From: an uncultured Candidatus Saccharimonadales bacterium
GTDB taxonomy: Bacteria > Patescibacteriota > Saccharimonadia > UBA4664
Length of the DNA stretch: 64,000 nt
Direction: 5' to 3'
Assembly: GCA_964467655.1 (NCBI GenBank)
Contig: CAYXSN010000008.1
Coordinates: 78-64,077 of the forward strand
Part shown: positions 48,244-55,874 of the stretch, one piece after another
Position numbering within the stretch: position 1 is the first letter of the stretch
Layout: the number at the start of each line of letters is the position of its first letter
The notes under the pieces: generated by a model
What the model saw: the letters and a program-made list of their open reading frames with translations, nothing else
Databases searched by the model: none
Told to the model about the DNA's origin: nothing
Made by a program: the position numbers and the translations under genes

Positions 48244-48930
48244 TTACCCCATCCACGGGGAGTCAAGCGCCTGTGGCACCCGCTGCTTAAACCGGAACAG
48301 TTGGGCTGGGCGATGCCTCCCGCCGCGCACCAGATCGCCTGTCGGTTCGACAAAACCCAGTGACAAATACTTTTTGCGGAAATTACGCTTGTCCACGGCC
48401 GCCCCAAACGCCACTTCATATACCGTCTGCAGATCACTAAACACAAATACTTCAGGGAGCAATGAATAGGCCGCGTTCGTGTAGGTCAGCTTCGACCGCA
48501 GCCGCTCAACCGCCACAGCAATAATCTCAGTGTGGTCAAACCCCAATGCCGGTAGTTCACTCACTGGTACAAACTCCACCTCAGCGGCTGGCTGCAGCTG
48601 GCTGGGAGCCGCCAGCGCTAGGTACGCAACACTAGTTACTCGACCGCGCGGATCGCGGTCAAGTGCGTCAAAGGTAGCCAGTTGCTCCAGAAACATACCA
48701 GATATTCCGGCTTTAGCTGACAGTAAACGTTCGGCACTCCGGCGAAACGTCTCACCGTCCCAGACAAAGCCTCCAGGTAAAACGAGGCTGCCAGTGAAAG
48801 GTTCGGCAGTACGCGGGATCAGCATAACTCGCAATTGACTATCAATAATCGTCAGTAACACCACGTCAGTAGTAAGCCTGATGGTAGCTAACCCGGGGCG
48901 TTCTGTAGAGGGCGTAATTGGTGGTTGCAT
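48244..48930 (-). CDS. nrtR: NrtR-like regulator (degenerate Nudix domain + C-terminal winged helix)
   Basis: Nudix-like PGGFVWDGETFRRSAERLLSAKAGI and C-terminal ...EVAFGAAVDKRNFRKKYLSLGFVEPTGDLVRGGRHRPAQLFRF typical of NrtR; start moved to MQPPITP (the longer ORF would cover the operator region). Confidence 0.55.
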   Translation of the reverse strand: MQPPITPSTERPGLATIRLTTDVVLLTIIDSQLRVMLIPRTAEPFTGSLVLPGGFVWDGETFRRSAERLLSAKAGISGMFLEQLATFDALDRDPRGRVTSVAYLALAAPSQLQPAAEVEFVPVSELPALGFDHTEIIAVAVERLRSKLTYTNAAYSLLPEVFVFSDLQTVYEVAFGAAVDKRNFRKKYLSLGFVEPTGDLVRGGRHRPAQLFRFKQRVPQALDSPWMG

Positions 48931-48950
48931 ACAAGAAATTATATCAAAAA

Positions 48951-48965
48951 GTGTAAAAAATACAC
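48951..48965. promoter_or_regulatory. palindrome GTGTA-AAAAA-TACAC overlapping the nrtR promoter (TATAAT at 48936-48941 on the minus strand)
   Basis: direct reading. Confidence 0.4.
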
Positions 48966-48973
48966 AATACCCC

Positions 48974-49035
48974 TTGACAAAGTGTAATGCAAACACTAAG
49001 TTGAGAGTATGGTTTGTGTGTGAATAACACAAACC
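48974..49035 (+). promoter_or_regulatory. pncA-like promoter TTGACA-N17-TAAGTT with palindrome GTGTAATGCAAACAC in the spacer, plus strong palindrome GGTTTGTGT-gtgaata-ACACAAACC (49011-49035)
   Basis: direct reading; both palindromes share the GTGT...ACAC core; RBS AAAGGAG precedes ATG 49072. Confidence 0.45.
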
Positions 49036-49071
49036 TGATCCTGAACAACCCACATCTCAAAGGAGCTAACC

Positions 49072-49926
49072 ATGACCACACGTGTGCATCTGGTGATCGT
49101 CGATCCCCAGGTTGACTTCATGGATACGCCCGGATCGGCATTGCCAGTTCCGGGTGCCACAGCCGACATGCAGCGGTTGGCCGCAATGGTACGCCGGCTC
49201 GGCGGCAGACTTGACGACATTCATGTCACCCTCGATAGCCACCATCTGGTGGACGTCGGGCACCCTGCCCTGTGGCGCAACGGCACTGACGGTACGCCGC
49301 CACCGCCGTTCACAGTCATCAGGGCGGATGACCTGCGCCATCGGCTGTGGGTGCCTCGCTTCGAGACCGCCAAGCCTCCGGCGCTCGATGGTCAAACAGT
49401 TGGCCAGTATCTGCTGAGCTACGCTGATACCCTCGAAGCCCAAGGTCGCCATCTCCTGATGGTCTGGCCGACGCACTGCCTCATTGGGAGTCCCGGTCAC
49501 AGCGTCCAGCTCGACTTGGCTCAGGCACTCAACGACTGGGCCGACGCACAATTCGCCAACATCGACTGGGTCGTCAAGGGTACCAATCCATGGACAGAGC
49601 ACTACGGTGCCGTGCATGCGGAAGTGCCCATGCCCACAGACCCGTCAACCGCTCTCAACACCCGCTTCCTCGAAGTGTTGGAGGCAGCCGATCTGGTGGT
49701 ATTCGCCGGTGAGGCACTGTCTCACTGCGTGCGTGAAACCGTCAGGCAAGTGGCCGATAATCTCGGCGACAAGGCTGTACAAAAGCTGCACCTAGTGACC
49801 GACTGCACTTCAAGCATTCCTGCCACCCCCGGCGGGCCCGACTTCCCGGCCATGACCCAAGATTGGCTGGACGACATGACAGCTCGGGGCTTGCAGTTGA
49901 CCACTTCCGAGGCATTTCTGGCCTAA
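49072..49926 (+). CDS. pncA: nicotinamidase/pyrazinamidase-like cysteine hydrolase (isochorismatase family, PncA-like with insertion)
   Basis: LVIVDPQVDF, WPTHCLIGSPGH, FAGEALSHCVRET (catalytic Cys) closely parallel PncA. Confidence 0.65.
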   Translation: MTTRVHLVIVDPQVDFMDTPGSALPVPGATADMQRLAAMVRRLGGRLDDIHVTLDSHHLVDVGHPALWRNGTDGTPPPPFTVIRADDLRHRLWVPRFETAKPPALDGQTVGQYLLSYADTLEAQGRHLLMVWPTHCLIGSPGHSVQLDLAQALNDWADAQFANIDWVVKGTNPWTEHYGAVHAEVPMPTDPSTALNTRFLEVLEAADLVVFAGEALSHCVRETVRQVADNLGDKAVQKLHLVTDCTSSIPATPGGPDFPAMTQDWLDDMTARGLQLTTSEAFLA

Positions 49927-49955
49927 ACCTACCCGATCGAAAGGACGTGCTCATC

Positions 49956-50738
49956 ATGCCAAAGCTCACCCCTGACCCCGGCGACGCCGGTCTGCAGGCC
50001 CACACGATTCCCGGTTCCACCTTTGGTTTCACTGCTGCCCGCATCGGCGACCTTGGCGCCACCGAGTACACGCTGGCCACCATCGTGGTGGATGTCACAG
50101 GCTCGACCGAGGGCTTCACCGACGACTTGCGGCGTATGCTGGAGGCCACAATCGAGGCGTGCCAGCGCTCGCCCCGACGGGAGCACTTGCTGGTGCGAGT
50201 GGTGTTGTTTTCAACTCGCTTTCAGGGTCACATTCAGGAGCTACACGGTTTCAAGCCGTTGGCCGACATCGACCCTGCTGGTTACCCGCGGTTGGTGGCC
50301 GGCGGCGCCACCCCGCTATGGGACGCCACCTATGATGCTGTTGGTGCGGTAGCTGAGTACGGCCGCCAACTGACGGAAGCCGACTATGGCACCAATGCCA
50401 TAGTCTTCGTCATCACCGACGGCCAGGAAGGTGACGGCTGGGGGAAGCCGGTGTCAGTCATGCGACCGGCGAATATTGCCCAGCAGTTGCGCGATATCGT
50501 CGCCAAGGAGTGGCTCGAGTCGGTAGTAACAGTGCTCATTGGCATCAATGCTACTGACTGCCGAAACGCGTTGGAGCGCTTCCAGCAGGACGCCGGCTTC
50601 ACCCAGTACACCGATGTGGCCGATGCTACTTCGGCCAACCTGGCCAAGCTGGCGGCCTTCGTCAGCCAGTCGATCGTCAGCCAGAGTCAGGCTCTCGGTA
50701 CCGGCGGGCCGTCGCAGGCCATCTCGGCTACCATCTGA
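49956..50738 (+). CDS. von Willebrand factor A (vWA, TerY-like) domain protein
   Basis: MIDAS-like VVDVTGSTEG, GGATPLWDA, FVITDGQEGDG; RBS AAAGGA before ATG 49956. Confidence 0.7.
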   Translation: MPKLTPDPGDAGLQAHTIPGSTFGFTAARIGDLGATEYTLATIVVDVTGSTEGFTDDLRRMLEATIEACQRSPRREHLLVRVVLFSTRFQGHIQELHGFKPLADIDPAGYPRLVAGGATPLWDATYDAVGAVAEYGRQLTEADYGTNAIVFVITDGQEGDGWGKPVSVMRPANIAQQLRDIVAKEWLESVVTVLIGINATDCRNALERFQQDAGFTQYTDVADATSANLAKLAAFVSQSIVSQSQALGTGGPSQAISATI

Positions 50739-50819
50739 ACCGCGACGCTAGGCGTCCAACCAATGGGGTGGTGAGGCAAGCATACTTGTCTCACCACCCC
50801 CTTCTCATTTGGAGGTATC

Positions 50820-51671
50820 ATGACCACCACGTTCCAGACAGACTCACACTTCGTCCTCGGTTCACTTCATAGCTCCAGCGGCCAACCTTGCCAGGACTAT
50901 GCCACCAGTGGTCAGTTGGAATCAGCGGCCTACGCTATTGTGGCTGATGGTTGCTCCAGCGGCGGCCAGACAGATGTCGGCGCCCGTATCACGGCACTAG
51001 CCATGGCTGAGGCTCTGAGGATACAGAGTAAGCTCCATCATCAGATAGGAGAAGCTCAGATCCAAACTCTCACAGCTCAGCAATTAGCCATCATGGTAGC
51101 CACAGGCCATTTGCTCAATCTCACACCCGCCGATTTACTGGCTACCTGTCTTGTTGCCTACCAAAGTCATCAAGGCGGCTGGGCCTATCTGCGTGGTGAC
51201 GGTCTCGTGATCTGGCACACTGCTGCCGGAGAGCAGCTGGCAGTGCGTGTCGAATGGAGTCCGGACAACCCGGACCGGGCCGCACCGTTCTACCCAGCTT
51301 ATGCCATTGGCGATATCGCCGGCTTTGTCGAGCACTATGGTGGGCCCGAAGTACTGGCATATCGCGTCGAACACTGGCGTTTGGCCCCGGGCAAACCACT
51401 GTGCCTGTCATCGCAGCTTCAAACTGTGAGTGAAGGCCTTGCTGGCACATTCGTGACCTTGCCTGCCGACACTCAAACAGTAGCCGTCGTCAGTGACGGT
51501 TCCTGTCAGATAGAGGGTCTGGATTGGCAGGAAGCAGCTAGGCAGCTGACCAGTTTCAAAACAACTGCCGGCGCCTTTGCCATCCGGCGCCTCATGAGGT
51601 TCGTCAAAGCCAATCAGGCAATCGGTCGTCGGCCACTCGATGATCTGGCGCTGGCTGTCATTCGACGCTAA
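50820..51671 (+). CDS. PP2C-family Ser/Thr protein phosphatase
   Basis: HSSSGQPCQDYA ... AYAIVADGCSSGGQTDVGARI (PP2C motifs 1-2), downstream Asp-containing motifs. Confidence 0.7.
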   Translation: MTTTFQTDSHFVLGSLHSSSGQPCQDYATSGQLESAAYAIVADGCSSGGQTDVGARITALAMAEALRIQSKLHHQIGEAQIQTLTAQQLAIMVATGHLLNLTPADLLATCLVAYQSHQGGWAYLRGDGLVIWHTAAGEQLAVRVEWSPDNPDRAAPFYPAYAIGDIAGFVEHYGGPEVLAYRVEHWRLAPGKPLCLSSQLQTVSEGLAGTFVTLPADTQTVAVVSDGSCQIEGLDWQEAARQLTSFKTTAGAFAIRRLMRFVKANQAIGRRPLDDLALAVIRR

Positions 51672-51718
51672 GGCTGTCGTCTGCGGGGCAAAAAAGAGTG
51701 TCCAATGGAGGAATCAAA

Positions 51719-53452
51719 ATGAAACTCAACCATCTAACCGGCTTCCATCTCGATGGTCATGGTCCTGTCAAACTGAGTACCAAGCATCATCTGGCCACCG
51801 GCGGCGAAGCCTCAGTCTACCGGCTCGATACGCTGGCCATCAAACTCTACACCGATACTGGGCGCCTCAGCCAGCCCGGCATGATCGGCAGGATCCAATC
51901 GCTCACAGAACTGCGCCATCCGGGAGTAACGGCACCGCGCGGCCTCGTGACTACAACGACGGGCAGACCGGTTGGCTACTGGATGGATTTTGTCGACCAA
52001 GCTGAAGCGTTGCCCTCAGTGTGCACCAACGACTTCCGTCGTCGAACCAGTTTTGATGACAACCAAGCGTCCAAACTGGTTGGCGCCATGTTCGGCGTCA
52101 TGAGCTACGCTCATGGAGCTGGGGCCATTATGGTTGACCCCAACGAGCTCAACTGGGCGATCACCAGCCAGAACCGTTCGTATCGGCCCCGGGCACTCGA
52201 TGTTGATGCCTGGGTGCTGGGAAATTACACTCCGAGCAGCGTAGCCGTTATGCCATCCATCCGTGATTGGCATTCAGCTGGCATCGGCCAGGCAGCCGAT
52301 CGTTTCGGCCTGGCAGTTGTGACGTTCCAGGTATTTACCGGCATTCACCCCTACAAGGGTACGCTCGATGGCTATCGTCGAGGCGATCTAGTACGGCGCA
52401 TGCAAGATAACGCCTCAGTGTTCACGCCAGGCGTGCGCCTAAACCAGGCAGTACGTGATCCAGGCCGCATTCCCCGTCGACTCCTCGACTGGTATAAGGG
52501 TGTTTTTGATCATGGCGATCGCAGCGATCCACCATCAAAGTGGACAGCCTCAGCCGTGCCAAGCCAGAATATAGTGACGAAGCGCATCGCGGCAACGGCT
52601 GGAGGCAAGTTAACCTACACCCGAGTCTATGAGTCAATCGGTGACCCTGTTGTTCAGGTGTATGGCTGCGGCGTCGTCAAGCTGGCATCAGGTAAGCTGG
52701 TTGATCTGGCAACCGAGCGAGTGCTCTACACCACGACTGCAGCACGAGTACAAGTAACAACAGTTGAATCAGGCTGGCTCATAGCCGAGCTGGAACCAGA
52801 GCCACAGTTCAACTTTGTCTCCAAGGTACCTCAACCGGTACAGCCTCTGAGCCTGGGTATCGACATCTCAGAGCTCGTCTCCTATCAGAACCGGCAGTTT
52901 GTGGTTACGCCTCAGGGTTTGACCGAACTGCTCGTCAAACATTTCGCTCGGCCGGTTCTGACTACGGGTCGTATCTGGCAAGCCACCAGCACAGCTACCC
53001 GTTGGTACGACGGTGTTGGTATCCTCGATGCTATGGGCGCGACGTTTGTAATCGCACCGTTCGGAGAAGGATCCTGCGCCATCATCCGCGTGCCCGAACT
53101 AGATGGTCAACGAGTAATAGCGGCCATCTCTGGGCCACGCTGCGTGGTGCTGTCTGCGATGCAGACCAACGGTTCGTACCACCACGTGGAGTTGGTATTC
53201 GACCGCTCCTATACCAGCTACCAGATCAACCAGACTGAGGTTGACACCCCTCAGCTGAACCGCGCCATTTTGCCGAAAGGAGTCATGGTCGCCATCATCG
53301 AAGATGGTGAGATTGTCATCACAGTTCCTACTACCGGCGACCGCCGCCTGGTACATGACAGCCAAGCTCTAACAAGCTTGGCTCTGGCTTCATGGGGTAA
53401 TCGGGCGGTAGCCATCCGCGATGGCGCACTGTGGCAGCTCCAGCTGGCCTAG
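51719..53452 (+). CDS. Ser/Thr protein-kinase-like protein with about 300-aa C-terminal extension
   Basis: glycine loop ATGGEASVYRL, VAIK-like LAIKLY, catalytic loop HGAGAIMVDPNELN, DFG-like LDVDAW; RBS GGAGG before ATG 51719. Confidence 0.65.
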   Translation: MKLNHLTGFHLDGHGPVKLSTKHHLATGGEASVYRLDTLAIKLYTDTGRLSQPGMIGRIQSLTELRHPGVTAPRGLVTTTTGRPVGYWMDFVDQAEALPSVCTNDFRRRTSFDDNQASKLVGAMFGVMSYAHGAGAIMVDPNELNWAITSQNRSYRPRALDVDAWVLGNYTPSSVAVMPSIRDWHSAGIGQAADRFGLAVVTFQVFTGIHPYKGTLDGYRRGDLVRRMQDNASVFTPGVRLNQAVRDPGRIPRRLLDWYKGVFDHGDRSDPPSKWTASAVPSQNIVTKRIAATAGGKLTYTRVYESIGDPVVQVYGCGVVKLASGKLVDLATERVLYTTTAARVQVTTVESGWLIAELEPEPQFNFVSKVPQPVQPLSLGIDISELVSYQNRQFVVTPQGLTELLVKHFARPVLTTGRIWQATSTATRWYDGVGILDAMGATFVIAPFGEGSCAIIRVPELDGQRVIAAISGPRCVVLSAMQTNGSYHHVELVFDRSYTSYQINQTEVDTPQLNRAILPKGVMVAIIEDGEIVITVPTTGDRRLVHDSQALTSLALASWGNRAVAIRDGALWQLQLA

Positions 53453-53469
53453 CCGCCATTGCACTGCCG

Positions 53470-53509
53470 GTTCAGGTTCTCGTCAACACAAGAGAGCCTG
53501 AACCGGTCA
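53470..53509. terminator. hairpin CCGGTTCAGG...CCTGAACCGG (10-bp stem) between convergent genes; also the approximate right edge of the accessory island
   Basis: direct reading; left arm GGTTCTCGTC loosely resembles the GGTTCTAACGTCGTCC repeat. Confidence 0.45.
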
Positions 53510-53547
53510 CACCTAATACTACTTTGATTAACCCGCCAATGATCGCG

Positions 53548-54108
53548 TTAGGCTTTGACAGTCCGGCGTATCCGCAGACGCCCGACCAATCCCCGCACCA
53601 GACCAGGGCCATACACGGCTAAGGTAAACAGCGCCGGAACCGCCACCAAATTACCAATCAAGTTCATCCGATAAAACGGCAATGCCATTATGTAGCAGTC
53701 AACCAATCCGGCCCAGGTATGCTCGTACATAGTACCGGTTAGCCACACGCCAAAGTTTGTGTACACAAAGAAAAACAGCGCCGATAGTATGCCACCAGCG
53801 GTACCCGCCAGCACCAAACGGCCGCCCTGCCAACGCCGCAGATACAGGCCGCTCAAACCGATCAGTGCAAACGCCGACCAAGTGAAGGTCAAAATAGGGG
53901 AATTGCCCATGATAAGATCCCCGGCCACCATCACGCTCAGAGGCACCACCAATGCCGCCCGCCGCGGCAGCATGGCCGCTGCTACCAAGCTAGCAGCCGT
54001 TACGAGCTCAAACCCTGGAGCTATCATGTGCTGGTAATTAAACACCCGCCACCCTAAAGCCAGCACCACCAAAACAATGGCGGCATACCATTTTTTATCA
54101 ATCGACAT
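53548..54108 (-). CDS. small polytopic membrane protein (candidate ECF-type substrate-capture component, CbrT-like)
   Basis: 5-6 TM helices, about 186 aa; position in a cobO/DUF4430 cluster next to nrdJ; function inferred from context only. Confidence 0.4.
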   Translation of the reverse strand: MSIDKKWYAAIVLVVLALGWRVFNYQHMIAPGFELVTAASLVAAAMLPRRAALVVPLSVMVAGDLIMGNSPILTFTWSAFALIGLSGLYLRRWQGGRLVLAGTAGGILSALFFFVYTNFGVWLTGTMYEHTWAGLVDCYIMALPFYRMNLIGNLVAVPALFTLAVYGPGLVRGLVGRLRIRRTVKA

Positions 54109-54171
54109 GAGACCCCCTATTAAATAATTACGCAACGTGCTCTATCAGCATAGCACGCCCCGATCGTAAAA

Positions 54172-54555
54172 TTAATAACTCTTAAGTTGCCAGGTAATAC
54201 TCTCATCGCCGCGGCAAATGTAAGCCGAAGGATCCTGATCAACGAGCCGCCCGTCTACCCAAAACGACCACTGCTCGTGCCTGGCCAGCTCAGCTTGCCG
54301 GCCATTTATACCGGTGACGTATTTGGCACCACCGACCTGGCGGATATCAACCACAGCCTTCTGCTGCAGCACCTCCAGCGCCGTCATACCCTCGACGCCG
54401 GTCAGGGTAAACTCAGCCGGGCTCATATCCCTCAATGCAGTTGCGGCTTCGGCGACTGAAACCGGCTCACTGCTCACAAGAGGCAGTGCTGAACTGACGG
54501 TTAATACTATGCCCACCGCCGCCGTCGCCCACCACCAAACGTTGCGAGTCGTCAC
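54172..54555 (-). CDS. secreted DUF4430 (transcobalamin beta-domain-like) protein
   Basis: signal peptide; C-terminal ...GGAKYVTGINGRQAELARHEQWSFWVDGRLVDQDPSAYICRGDESITWQLKSY. Confidence 0.55.
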   Translation of the reverse strand: MTTRNVWWWATAAVGIVLTVSSALPLVSSEPVSVAEAATALRDMSPAEFTLTGVEGMTALEVLQQKAVVDIRQVGGAKYVTGINGRQAELARHEQWSFWVDGRLVDQDPSAYICRGDESITWQLKSY

Positions 54556-54649
54556 GAGAGTATACCTCTTATCTAATCAACGTCCAAAATTCTAGAGTTA
54601 TCAACCAGATAACGCAAGCATAAGCCTATCTGAGCAGTGGCGGCTCGGT

Positions 54650-55204
54650 CTAGTAGTCGATCGTTTTGCGGGCCAAAATGCCGGCGTCATACGGGTGTTT
54701 AACTTTTCGCATCTCGGTCACCAGATCGGCCCGTTCAATCAGCGGCGTTAGATCAAGGCCTTTGTGGCCGGTCAAAACTAGATCGATCTCGGGCGGTCGG
54801 GAATCGGCTAGTTCAACTACTGCCGCCAACGGCAACAGCCCGCCAGTGACGCAGCCGATGATCTCGTCTAGCACAACCACATCATAGGCTCCCGAAGCGA
54901 GCTTTCTGGCTGCCAGCTCCAGGGCGGCCCGGGCTGCTTCCACGTGCTCGGTTTCCGGTAGCTTATCGCCGAGTATCTTGTAGAAGCCTTTGCCCGCCTG
55001 TATAAATTCGACATTTGGCAGGTGCTCGAAGCCGCCTTTTTCACCGGTAAACCATGTTTTTACAAACTGAATAACGAGCACCCGTTTGCCATAGCCGGCT
55101 GCCCGTAGCGCCAAGCCCATGGCGGCCGTTGTTTTACCCTTACCATCGCCGGTGTATAGGATGAGCAATCCGCGATCTGATTCGTGCAGCTCTGGTTCAG
55201 CCAT
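54650..55204 (-). CDS. cobO: cob(I)yrinic acid a,c-diamide / corrinoid adenosyltransferase (CobO/BtuR/CobA type)
   Basis: P-loop LILYTGDGKGKTTAAMG, VLDEI, 184 aa. Confidence 0.8.
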   Translation of the reverse strand: MAEPELHESDRGLLILYTGDGKGKTTAAMGLALRAAGYGKRVLVIQFVKTWFTGEKGGFEHLPNVEFIQAGKGFYKILGDKLPETEHVEAARAALELAARKLASGAYDVVVLDEIIGCVTGGLLPLAAVVELADSRPPEIDLVLTGHKGLDLTPLIERADLVTEMRKVKHPYDAGILARKTIDY

Positions 55205-55302
55205 GACGCCTGTCTCCTTGTGTTATTTACAGACTAGTGATGTAAATGGTATTCTAGGCCAACGCACCTTCAACGTCTACTCTTTCGACTAGTGGAGCCG
55301 TC

Positions 55303-55806
55303 ATGGGAATACACCCGCTGCGGGTGAAAGTTCGCACGCTCTGGCGTTATCGGAAGCAGCGTGCCAAAATCCCTGGTATTTTAGCCATTCGCTACCTGGC
55401 TATTGTCAGCTGGCTAGCAGTGGCGGGAATAGCCATCATCATCTACTACTGGATGGGTGGTCTTGCGGTGAGCATGGTGCTACCGTTCATAGTCTATGTG
55501 ATAATCGTGATCCACGATTATCGGCGTCGGCTTGAAAACCGCTATTTGCTTGACCAGTACCGCCAGGATTACTGGGTCGGCCGATCGTGGTTCTACACAT
55601 GCGTCATCAACCTTCTCTGGGCGATCTTCATCATCCTCACCATCATCGTGACCGGTGTCGCCATCAGGATTGTTCTAGGATATGGGCGCAGCGACACCCT
55701 CCTTACCGCCTACATCATGAGTACTATCTTGGTACTCCTATCCGGCAGCCAACGGTATCTTGCACTGATGCTGAAACCAAGCCGCCGATCGGACTCGTCG
55801 AGATGA
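55303..55806 (+). CDS. hypothetical membrane protein (4 TM)
   Basis: 167-aa ORF, hydrophobic. Confidence 0.35.
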   Translation: MGIHPLRVKVRTLWRYRKQRAKIPGILAIRYLAIVSWLAVAGIAIIIYYWMGGLAVSMVLPFIVYVIIVIHDYRRRLENRYLLDQYRQDYWVGRSWFYTCVINLLWAIFIILTIIVTGVAIRIVLGYGRSDTLLTAYIMSTILVLLSGSQRYLALMLKPSRRSDSSR

Positions 55807-55874
55807 CGAAAGCCGACTTGTACCTGCCACACCACCCCCAGGACGTTCGTCCTGGGGGTTCTTTTGTGGTCAAA

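Noticed and set aside
49863-49955. upstream extension of the vWA ORF
   Set aside because: It would overlap the nicotinamidase gene end. An internal ATG at 49956 has a good AAAGGA RBS.
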